This document shows positions 1-8,472 of a stretch of DNA of 64,000 nt, one piece after another. Origin of the DNA: an uncultured Clostridium sp. (GTDB taxonomy: Bacteria > Bacillota > Clostridia > TANB77 > CAG-508); assembly GCA_948468045.1 (NCBI GenBank), contig CAOKGO010000005.1, forward strand, positions 3,760 through 67,759, read 5' to 3'. Below the pieces are notes generated by a model that worked only from the letters and a program-made list of their open reading frames with translations, was not told the DNA's origin and ran no database searches. Position numbers and translations under genes: made by a program. Numbering within the stretch: position 1 is the stretch's first letter; every line of letters begins with the position of its first letter.

Positions 1-284
1 GTGCAGGAATAATTGTTTCTATTTTTAGAATATTAATTGCTATTTGGATAATTTATAGTGGCATTATGAACTTACAAACTACAATAGTATGGAAAGACTA
101 TAAATCTAAATTATGGCTAACAACTTTAATTTTGGCTATTTGCATGATTATCGCTGGAATTTATATTTTAATGAATAATGGTGCAATGCTACAAATTATT
201 GGAGGAATTATTATAGTATATGGAATATTTGACATTGTAGAAAGTATGATTTTTATAAAGAAAATAGAAAATTATTTAGATTAA
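1..284 (+). CDS. HdeD/DUF308-like membrane protein, 5'-truncated by window edge
   Basis: Frame open from position 3; repeated hydrophobic helices with the G-I-x-x-I-x-x-G pattern. Confidence 0.6.
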   Translation, partial: AGIIVSIFRILIAIWIIYSGIMNLQTTIVWKDYKSKLWLTTLILAICMIIAGIYILMNNGAMLQIIGGIIIVYGIFDIVESMIFIKKIENYLD

Positions 285-453
285 AAACATTTGATTTTTA
301 AGTATTTTTATAATATATAAAGAAAGAATGAATAAAAATATTATTAAAGTATTAAAGAACCAGTAGTTAATTTAATCAATTCATTTCAAAACCTGCATTG
401 CAATATATATTATATTATGCAATGTAGGTTTTGAATATTTTTAGCTATTTATA

Positions 454-492
454 ATTTATTTACAACCACAGTCATTAGCAAATGCTTTCATA
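454..492. repeat. 39-bp direct-repeat copy of the cotJC 3' end (other copy 1284-1322)
   Basis: atttatttacaaccacagtcattagcaaatgctttcata matches 1284-1322 with 2 mismatches. Confidence 0.9.
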
Positions 493-634
493 ATTAACAA
501 AAAATATAAATATTTAGAATACAAACAATTTTAAAATTAGAGAGTATAAGTTTACAATAAATTTCGCCAATGATATAATTACGGTATAATTAGTAAACAT
601 ATTGAAAAACAAATGACAAGGTGGTTTTTAAAAT

Positions 635-1237
635 ATGAAAAATAAAATGAAAGATAATAAAGCTATTACTTTAACTTCACTTGTAGTTACTATTGTTGTT
701 TTGATTATATTGGCTGGAATAACTATAAATTCAATACTAGGAGATGAGGGGATATTAAAAAAGGCTCAACAAGCAACACAGAATTATTCTACTGCTCAAG
801 CAGAAGAAGAAGACAAGATTGCTAAATATACAAATGAAATAGATAGTTATATCAATGGAAATAGAGATGAAACTGCAATAGATAGACAAGAATTAAAGAT
901 GATAATAAGTGAGCTATTGTCAAACAAATCTTCAGAATTGGATTATGATAATTTAGTTAATTTAACCGAAGATTTAACTGAAATTAATAAAACATATACA
1001 TTTGAAAAAAATGGTCAGTTAATTTTTCAAATGGGAATTAATCCAGGTGGTTATTATTATTCTACAATTAAACATAATGATATAGAAATTAATTGGATTA
1101 GATTTCATAATGCAAATGATGGAGGCCAACAACATACAGAGCATACAATAGTTAATGCAGGAGATATAATAACAGTAACACATATTAGCCAAATACAACC
1201 ATTAAGTAAAAACATTATTTTTATACCATTTAAATAA
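635..1237 (+). CDS. Type IV pilin-like protein (class III-type N-terminus lacking Glu5)
   Basis: KAITLTSLVVTIVVLIILAGITI...GDEGILKKAQQA N-terminus; followed by a terminator-like hairpin at about 1237-1283. Confidence 0.75.
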   Translation: MKNKMKDNKAITLTSLVVTIVVLIILAGITINSILGDEGILKKAQQATQNYSTAQAEEEDKIAKYTNEIDSYINGNRDETAIDRQELKMIISELLSNKSSELDYDNLVNLTEDLTEINKTYTFEKNGQLIFQMGINPGGYYYSTIKHNDIEINWIRFHNANDGGQQHTEHTIVNAGDIITVTHISQIQPLSKNIIFIPFK

Positions 1238-1285
1238 ACTAAAAGAAAATAGATATAATATATAATCTATTTTCTTTTAGTTTAT

Positions 1286-1714
1286 TTATTTACAACCACA
1301 GTCATTAGCTAATGGTTTCATATCATTCATATAAAATTTTTTATCAGCTAATTTATCTTGAACTCCACGAAGTGCTTCACCAAATCTTTGGAAGTGCACA
1401 ACTTCTCTTTGTCTTAAATATCTTAATGGGTCTAATACATCTGGATTGTCACGACAAAGATCGATCAATTTTTCATAAGTTGCTCTGGCTTTTTGCTCTG
1501 CTGCTAAATCTTCTTGTAAGTTAGCAATAGGGTCACCTTTACAAGCAATATATGATGCTGTAAATGGAACACCTGCAGCAGAAGATGGATAAACATCAAC
1601 CCCATGGTCAGTGTAGTAAGCACTTAAACCAGCTTTTTCTATTTCTTCAATAGATGCACCAGCTGTTAATTGATGCACAATAGTTCCAACCATTTCTAAG
1701 TGAGCTAATTCTTC
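1286..1714 (-). CDS. cotJC: CotJC manganese-catalase-family spore coat protein, 3' half of an interrupted gene
   Basis: EELAHLEMVGT...EDLAAEQKARATYE...REVVHFQRFGE Mn-catalase motifs; joins 6892-7086 in frame to give 205 aa. Confidence 0.92.
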   Translation of the reverse strand, partial: EELAHLEMVGTIVHQLTAGASIEEIEKAGLSAYYTDHGVDVYPSSAAGVPFTASYIACKGDPIANLQEDLAAEQKARATYEKLIDLCRDNPDVLDPLRYLRQREVVHFQRFGEALRGVQDKLADKKFYMNDMKPLANDCGCK

Positions 1715-1819
1715 TGTTCCATGATGATGTCACTAAAAAAATTTAGTGCTATTGACTGTAAAATTTTCAACTTGTGTAAAAATCAAAAATAATTGAACTA
1801 GTAAGATTTTTTTACCAGT

Positions 1820-2305
1820 TCAATTATTTTTATCTTTTAATAAAATATTTCTCATTTCAACAATATCATAAAATGGAATATGTATGTCTTCTTCTGCAAG
1901 TCTCACAACTCTTAATGCAGTAGTTATAATTTCGTTTTTTACTACTGTAGGTATTTCTACATCTATATTTGAATTTGTATATTTTTCTAATATATATTCT
2001 TCTGTTGTTGGAAATATATTTTGTATTAAAAATACAGCTTTCTTACCTAACACACTACCAAAAACAAAATTATATACTGGTTTGTTTCTAACTTTCAATT
2101 TTTTATTATCATATATCTTTTTATATTTATCATATTTAGTCGATATTGGAACAAACCATATTATTTCTTTATTTTTTCTATCTCTAAAACAAAAGTAGCA
2201 AGGTCTTTTATTTCCGCCTTCTTTATTTTCCATCAATTTATAATCTTTAAATATGTCAAAAAACTTATCTTTTATAAAATAAAATTTTCCATCTTCTATT
2301 ATCAT
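1820..2305 (-). CDS. cptN: Type III TA toxin, CptN-like endoribonuclease
   Basis: 161 aa, FYFIKDKFF...NKRPCYFCF...IWFVPIS...FLIQNIFP; repeat array and terminator upstream. Confidence 0.8.
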   Translation of the reverse strand: MIIEDGKFYFIKDKFFDIFKDYKLMENKEGGNKRPCYFCFRDRKNKEIIWFVPISTKYDKYKKIYDNKKLKVRNKPVYNFVFGSVLGKKAVFLIQNIFPTTEEYILEKYTNSNIDVEIPTVVKNEIITTALRVVRLAEEDIHIPFYDIVEMRNILLKDKNN

Positions 2306-2327
2306 TAATATTGAACTCCTTTTTATG

Positions 2328-2368
2328 AAAATATGGGATCTAAATTAATTTTATAGACCCCACATTTT
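2328..2368 (-). terminator. Terminator between antitoxin repeats and toxin
   Basis: Imperfect hairpin with T-tract, in the position typical of type III TA loci. Confidence 0.6.
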
Positions 2369-2378
2369 ACTATAATTA

Positions 2379-2482
2379 ACATTTTTCCACCTGCACATTT
2401 ATATCTCGCAAGCAGGGTTGCGGTTCACATTTTTTCACCTATCCATTTATTCGACGCAAATAGGGTTGCGACTCACATTTTT
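2379..2482 (-). ncRNA. CptI-like RNA antitoxin, about 2.2 repeats of 48 nt
   Basis: Repeats at 2379-2426 and 2427-2474 (acattttt.cacct...cattta....cgcaa..agggttgcg); sigA promoter TTGATT-17-TATAAT at 2522-2550. Confidence 0.8.
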
Positions 2483-3052
2483 AATTATAGTGGATATTAA
2501 ATATCCACTACTATTATATTCATTATACGTTATTTTATTTGTAAAATCAATACTTTTAATAAAATTTTATAAATTTCAAGTACACTTAGTGAACTTGTTC
2601 TAAAATGGAAAAAGTTTAAAATTTTTGTAATTTTTATCATTATAACCAGTTATCGAGGATTCCTCGATAACTGAATTTGTACAAAATTTCTGAACAAATT
2701 TAGTACACTTGGTGAACTTTTTTAATTTTAACGAAGAATAGCCAGTTTGAGCCAGTTCACTCGGTGAATTTCTACATCATATTTGCTTAAAATTTTTGTT
2801 TCTTTATTAACTCTTGAAGGCTTGTCCTTCAATATGTACAGGCGATATGTTAATACCGCTTTCCTGCCCTCATTTTAATGAGGTGTTTTCTGTTCTAATA
2901 GTGCTTATGTCTACTTAATCAAATATACTTATCCTTAAATCCTCTTAATTGAAAAACAATGTGCTTTAAAAAATAAGTCAAGGTTATACGACAGTACATT
3001 CATTTTAACCTTGACTTAATTTTATAAAGCACATTAGAATTGTGTAAAGGAT

Positions 3053-3925
3053 TTATTGTATACATGATAAACCTAAAACACATATAAATATTCCTAATAT
3101 CATCAAATATTTCTTCCAACTTATTTTTTCTCTTAATATCAATCTTGAAGCTAAAATTGTTATGATAATAGAACTTGTACTAATTACAGAAACAATTGAA
3201 ACATTTCCATCTAATAATGCAAATCTATTAAATATTGAAGATGAAACATCTAATAACGATTGTAATAAAAAATATCTTTTGTTATTTATTTTTCTAATAT
3301 CTATGTAATTCCAGTTTTTTGTTATTAAGCAATATGCCAATATTCCTATTACAATTATTACTGCATAATTGAACATTACATATAATGGACTTTGATACTC
3401 TGTAATATATATCTTATTTATAAAATCTGAAATTCCATAAAATAATACAACTCCCCATGAATACATTATAGCTTTTCGTTTTGCTTTTTTATTTATTTTT
3501 TCTTCATCGTTTTTATTATCTCTTGCTATCATTATAGATAATGTAACTAATATCCCAGAAATTATTAATTGTAAAACTGTAAATTTCTCTTTTAAAATCA
3601 AAATGCCTAATAAAAATGTTACAATTACTTGTGTTCTTTGTATTGATAATGTTATAGCTACTTTACCATATTTGATAGCTGAAATTGAACAATAAAAACC
3701 TATTGATTGTATAATGATTCCAGGTGACATTTTAATCATGTCTATAACATTTAAACTTGTAATAATCTGTGGATTAGTAATTAAACTAATTAAAATCATA
3801 GTACAATGATAAATTAGCATTCCCATTATTGCTATTCTTTTTGGTTCATTATTTGAGCATTTTTTAATAGCAATTGCAACAAATCCCCAAATTACTGTTG
3901 ATAACAAGCAGTAATATAACCACAT
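3053..3925 (-). CDS. EamA/DMT family transporter
   Basis: About 10 TM helices in two repeated halves (ILILKEKFT / LILREKIS). Confidence 0.85.
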   Translation of the reverse strand: MWLYYCLLSTVIWGFVAIAIKKCSNNEPKRIAIMGMLIYHCTMILISLITNPQIITSLNVIDMIKMSPGIIIQSIGFYCSISAIKYGKVAITLSIQRTQVIVTFLLGILILKEKFTVLQLIISGILVTLSIMIARDNKNDEEKINKKAKRKAIMYSWGVVLFYGISDFINKIYITEYQSPLYVMFNYAVIIVIGILAYCLITKNWNYIDIRKINNKRYFLLQSLLDVSSSIFNRFALLDGNVSIVSVISTSSIIITILASRLILREKISWKKYLMILGIFICVLGLSCIQ

Positions 3926-3937
3926 ATATTATTTCTC

Positions 3938-4378
3938 CTAATTTTCATATATATTATCGTTTATTTTTAGTACCATTCTCGTCCAATGGGTTTTAAATCC
4001 TAATCTTTCATATAAATCCTTTGCAATATTGTAACCTGATACTTCTAATGACATATCTTTATCTTGTTCTTTTGCCATATCAATTAATTTATTTAATGCT
4101 ATTGTACCTATTCCTTGTCCTCTATATTTTTCATCTATAAAAAAACGATATAAATATATTTCTTTTTCATAATTTTTTATTCCTATAAAACCAACCATTT
4201 TATTATTAAACATAATTTTGTAATACTCTTCATTTTCTTCAAAAGTTAATTCTTCTGGTTTTATAATTCTTAATTGATATATTGGATCAACGGTATTATG
4301 ATGTTTCCATTCTTCTATAATCCATTCTCTAAAATAATTATTGTTTTCTTTTTCTAATTTTATATCTAAATCTTCCAT
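3938..4378 (-). CDS. GNAT family acetyltransferase
   Basis: YRGQGIGT acetyl-CoA motif; LYERLGF. Confidence 0.85.
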   Translation of the reverse strand: MEDLDIKLEKENNNYFREWIIEEWKHHNTVDPIYQLRIIKPEELTFEENEEYYKIMFNNKMVGFIGIKNYEKEIYLYRFFIDEKYRGQGIGTIALNKLIDMAKEQDKDMSLEVSGYNIAKDLYERLGFKTHWTRMVLKINDNIYEN

Positions 4379-4603
4379 TTTATTGACAATGTTTCCTTTC
4401 TATATTTTTATATATTATTATCATAAAATTCATTCTTTTTCAAGAAATTTAGTATTTTTTAGAAAAAAGGGAAATAAAAGGGAATTGATTTTGTAAATTT
4501 CTTATCATATAATGTTAGCATAGAAAAATATAAATTTGCTCAAGACAAGTTGTCTTGGGTATTTTTTTGTGTTTTTTTCATAAATTTTAAAGAGGCGATT
4601 TAT

Positions 4604-4747
4604 ATGTTATTAGAAGAATACACATTGGAAAATACAAAGATAAAATTTTACAATGATTGCATTGTAGAAAACATCGATACTCAAAAAGAATATATAGACA
4701 ACATTATTATTAATTTAATAAGAAAAATAACTACCTCTTTGTTGTAA
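4604..4747 (+). CDS. Small protein directly upstream of recombinase (candidate directionality factor)
   Basis: 47-aa ORF with an AGAGG RBS; the function is inferred from position only. Confidence 0.5.
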   Translation: MLLEEYTLENTKIKFYNDCIVENIDTQKEYIDNIIINLIRKITTSLL

Positions 4748-4809
4748 ATTGTCAGATTTTCATATATAATTTAAACAGATAAAGACAAATTACAAGGAAA
4801 GGAGGAAAT

Positions 4810-6372
4810 GTGCAAGATGGCACATATGCAATATATTTAAGAAAATCAAGAGAAGATATAGAATCTGAGAAATATGGTGAAGGTGAGACTTTAGCAAGAC
4901 ATGAAAAAATCTTAACTACCTTAGCCAAAAAGCGAAACCTAACTATTGGCAAAATTTATAGAGAAGTTGTAAGTGGTGAAACAATTAGTGAAAGAAAAGA
5001 AATGCAAAAGCTTCTTAAAGATGTTGAAAATGAAAAATGGACAGGTGTTTTAGTTGTTGAAGTAGAGAGGTTAGCTCGTGGTGATACTGCTGATCAAGGT
5101 AGAGTCTCAAAAGCTTTTAAATATTCTCATACCAAAATTATTACACCTGTTAAAACATATGACCCAGATAATGAATTTGATGAGGAATATTTTGAGTTTG
5201 GCTTATTTATGTCTAGGCGAGAATATAAGACTATAAATAGGCGTTTACAAAGAGGTCGTGAGATTTCTGTTTCTGAAGGTAAATTCGTTGGAAATATTGC
5301 TCCTTTTGGTTATGATAGAGTAAAATTAAAAGATTCCAAAGGCTATACTTTAACAATCAATCAAAATGAAGCACCTATTGTGAAAGAAATTTTTAGATTA
5401 TACACTTTTGAAAATAATACTATGAATTCGGTTGTTAAACAATTAAATAATATGAATTTAAAGCCTAGAATTTCTAATGAATGGACCATTTCTTCTGTGA
5501 AAGACATTCTTTCTAATCCTACTTATATTGGTAAAATTGTTTGGAATAGAAGGAAACAAAAGAAGAAAACAAAAAATGGACATCTTATTATTAGTAGACC
5601 TCGTAACCAAGAATACTCAATTTATGATGGATTACACAAACCGATTATAGATGTTAAAACTTGGGAATTAGTTCAAGAGAAAAGAAAGCAAAATACTCCA
5701 AAAGTTAAAAACAATAATATTATTCAAAATCCATTAGTAGGGTTAATATTTTGTAAAAAATGTGGTAAGCCCATGCAAAGAAGACCTTATACAAAAGCTG
5801 ACAAACCTGCAACTCTAATATGTTCTAATCCAAAATGTGATAATGTAAGTTCTAAACTTTATATAGTAGAAAACAAAATAATTGAAGCATTAAAAATATG
5901 GCTTGAAAACTATAAAATAGATTATGAAGTTAGAGATAATTCAAATGCTGACAATAGCAAACTAATTGAAAAGTCTATTATTGCTGTTAAAAAGGAATTA
6001 GAAAAAGAAAATACTAAACTTGAAAAAATTTATGACTTTTTGGAAAATGGAATTTATAATAAAGATGAATTTATAAATCGTTCAAAAACTGTAAAAGAAA
6101 ATATTGAAAGTTTAGAAAATAAACTAAAAGAATATACTGAACTTTTAAATAAAAATAATGAAATGCAAAATGAAAAAGAAATGATGATACCAAAATTAGA
6201 AAATGTAATTGACTTATATGATAAACTAGAAACTGCTGAGGATAAAAACATTTTACTAAAAAGCATTATTGCTAAAGTTACCTATTTAAAAACAGAAAAG
6301 GCTATAAAAAAAGATTCTGACCCTACTAATTTTGAATTACATATTTATCCAAAGATACCTAAATTTAAATAA
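4810..6372 (+). CDS. Large serine recombinase of element 1
   Basis: YLRKSR catalytic Ser, ERLARGD, recombinase domain, CxxC...C zinc ribbon, coiled coil. Confidence 0.95.
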   Translation: MQDGTYAIYLRKSREDIESEKYGEGETLARHEKILTTLAKKRNLTIGKIYREVVSGETISERKEMQKLLKDVENEKWTGVLVVEVERLARGDTADQGRVSKAFKYSHTKIITPVKTYDPDNEFDEEYFEFGLFMSRREYKTINRRLQRGREISVSEGKFVGNIAPFGYDRVKLKDSKGYTLTINQNEAPIVKEIFRLYTFENNTMNSVVKQLNNMNLKPRISNEWTISSVKDILSNPTYIGKIVWNRRKQKKKTKNGHLIISRPRNQEYSIYDGLHKPIIDVKTWELVQEKRKQNTPKVKNNNIIQNPLVGLIFCKKCGKPMQRRPYTKADKPATLICSNPKCDNVSSKLYIVENKIIEALKIWLENYKIDYEVRDNSNADNSKLIEKSIIAVKKELEKENTKLEKIYDFLENGIYNKDEFINRSKTVKENIESLENKLKEYTELLNKNNEMQNEKEMMIPKLENVIDLYDKLETAEDKNILLKSIIAKVTYLKTEKAIKKDSDPTNFELHIYPKIPKFK

Positions 6373-6397
6373 AGTACACAAAAAAATGGGGATAAAA

Positions 6398-6718
6398 TTA
6401 TCCCCAAGCCTTCTTAAGTTCTTTACATGCCTCTACAATCTCATCATGCTCTACTTTAAGTTCTTCTAAAGTCATATTGTGATATACAGATCCAGTATAG
6501 GTGGTATGTTCATACTTGGTCTCTACTCTAATATAGAGTACACTGTCATCATGTGGAGGACCTAATACAACAGAAGCTGTTCCAATTAGTTCTTTATCAG
6601 CATTTTTCTTGTTTTCATATATATCTACATGAAAATTTGTTTTAGGAGCTGTTACACCTTCTACTGGTGTAGGTACATATTTTTCGCTTGTTATTGTAGG
6701 TACATAGTCTAATTTCAT
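6398..6718 (-). CDS. Hypothetical protein
   Basis: Open ORF with upstream TTGCAA-17-TATACT promoter; no family recognised; start uncertain. Confidence 0.5.
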   Translation of the reverse strand: MKLDYVPTITSEKYVPTPVEGVTAPKTNFHVDIYENKKNADKELIGTASVVLGPPHDDSVLYIRVETKYEHTTYTGSVYHNMTLEELKVEHDEIVEACKELKKAWG

Positions 6719-6891
6719 GCTGTCACACTTTCTACTTGCAATATGCAAGATTTGAAATAAAAAATTTTCAGTTGCTATTTAAAGTATAACATATTTTACA
6801 TAAAATTGCAAATTTGTTAACATCGTATTTTATAGTCAATAGCCAAAGTTGTAATCACTGTCTTTAGCTATTGACAACATCAAGGAACTCA

Positions 6892-7086
6892 TTCTTCAGT
6901 ACCAATATCATTTAAAATTGCTTTAGCTTTTTGGTCAGGCATACCAAACCTTTGAGAAAGATATCTTAAAGAAGCAGCAAGCTCGCCATCAGGACCACCA
7001 TATTGAGAAATAATCACTTTAGCAAGTTTTGGGTCAGTACATTTAATATTTATTGGATATTGTAATGTTTTATTATAAGTCCACAT
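6892..7086 (-). CDS. cotJC: CotJC, 5' half (65 codons)
   Basis: MWTYNKTLQYP...QYGGPDGELAASLRYLSQ...DIGTEE, followed by a TGA supplied by the element. Confidence 0.93.
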
Positions 7087-7112
7087 TAATAATTCCCCCT
7101 TTCCCAAGGCCA
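7086..7112 (-). CDS. cotJB: CotJB, detached 3' end (WPWERGNY*)
   Basis: TGG CCT TGG GAA AGG GGG AAT TAT TAA restores the CotJB PWPWE motif; the stop overlaps the cotJC start (TAATG). Confidence 0.85.
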   Translation of the reverse strand, partial: WPWERGNY

Positions 7113-7174
7113 GTTTTCGTTTTGTTTGGAGGAACTATTTGTTTATACAATTTTTATATCCATATTTATCATTA

Positions 7175-7316
7175 AAGTGGATATAAACAAGACCTCAAAT
7201 GGATATCTTAAAAGTATCCACTCGAGGCTTTTTTCATGTCTTTGAAGTGGATATTTTGACAGACTTCTAATATGCTAAAAATAAATAAGAACTCAAAAAA
7301 AGTTGTTTGGAGTTTA
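7175..7316. repeat. About 142-bp direct repeat, copy 1
   Basis: Aligns by eye with 8162-8304; contains GTGGATAT boxes and hairpins. Confidence 0.9.
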
Positions 7317-7331
7317 GAAGATACCATATTA

Positions 7332-7870
7332 TTAGAATTTATATTTTAAACATTTTTCCTCTAATAGTTTAAAGTTACAACTTAAGTCTTTATAAAATTT
7401 TGATACTTTGCTCTTTTTGTTACTACTAACTATATTATAAATTTTGATAGCTTTATCCATAATTTTCTGTTTGTGTTCTGGTTTGTTTATACAAGAATAC
7501 TGTTCAGAAAGTAGCCTTTTGTATCCATAACTTTTATTTTTTATATCTAATAGATAAACACAGTTTTGAGGTACTGGAATCATAAAAATCTTATAATTCC
7601 TAAATCACTTTTTGTTTTATTATTTACAATTTTAAAGAAAGTTAAATTGTCTTTATATGTTTTATGCTTTTGTTTTGGTGAAAATAAAGGTGCAAAATAA
7701 TAATGTTCTTCTACTATAATAACAACTCCAATATAGGGTCTTTTCTCATTTTTGTTATATGCAATATGTTTATCAAATTTACTTAAATATTCTATGTAAT
7801 TATCATCTATTATATAAAAATTTAATTTTCCTATTTTCAATTTCTTACTGTTTTTCATATATTCCTCCAT
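7332..7870 (-). pseudogene. Type III TA toxin (ToxN/AbiQ-like), frameshifted
   Basis: FYIIDDNYIEYL...KRPYIGVV...YFAPLFSPK...LGIIRF|MIPVP; frame break at about 7583-7585 with no CGG. Confidence 0.75.
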
Positions 7871-7914
7871 TTACAAAGATATGGGGATACTTTCTAGTAC
7901 CCCCATAATTTTTA

Positions 7915-8075
7915 AGGAAACTCGTTTATAGTTTATCCTAAAGGCTCGTTTCTAACCTAATGTTAAATAGGATATTCGTTTATAGGATTCACATCCTAAA
8001 GGCTCATATCTAACCTAATGTTAAATTACACTTATTTATGAATTTAATCAAAGGTTCAGTGTTACCTAGTTTATT
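7915..8075 (-). ncRNA. Type III antitoxin repeat RNA (54- and 58-nt repeats plus a degenerate third)
   Basis: tcgtttatag...atcctaaaggctc...tctaacctaatgttaaat repeated; terminator hairpin at 7881-7906; TTGATT-17-TATAAT promoter at 8108-8136. Confidence 0.75.
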
Positions 8076-8161
8076 TGATAAATTAATTTATCAATATTAT
8101 TATATTCATTATATACTTTTTTATTTGTTAAATCAAGAGTTTTTGTTAAAATTCATACAAG

Positions 8162-8304
8162 AAGTGGATATAAAATAGCCTTCAAATGGATACCTTTAAT
8201 ATATCCACTTGGGGCTTTTTTTGATGGCTTTAAAGTGGATATTTTGACAGGCTTCTAATATGCTAAAAATAAACAAAAACTCAAAAAAAGTTGTTTGGAG
8301 TTTA
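8162..8304. repeat. About 142-bp direct repeat, copy 2
   Basis: Aligns with 7175-7316. Confidence 0.9.
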
Positions 8305-8472
8305 AAGGGTATGATACAGGAAAAGGGATTTCAACAAAATTAAGTGTGTATATTGTTTTATGTTTTTATATGGATATGTGGCTGATTTAAATTAATGTAA
8401 AAATTTGTTGAAGATACAGATTTTTTATGATAGTATAATACTCAATAAAAAAAGAATTTAAGGAGCATAAAA

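Larger units (their letters stand above)
1708..6897. mobile_element. Gene-intervening (skin-like) element 1, 5183 bp, inside cotJC
   Basis: 7-bp core ATTCTTC duplicated at 1708-1714 and 6891-6897; inverted arms at 1716-1732 and 6872-6888; encodes a large serine recombinase. Confidence 0.92.

Noticed and set aside
2379-8075. Tandem repeats as CRISPR arrays
   Set aside because: They have only 2-3 contiguous units, no unique spacers and no cas genes. The promoter-repeats-terminator-toxin layout fits type III TA.
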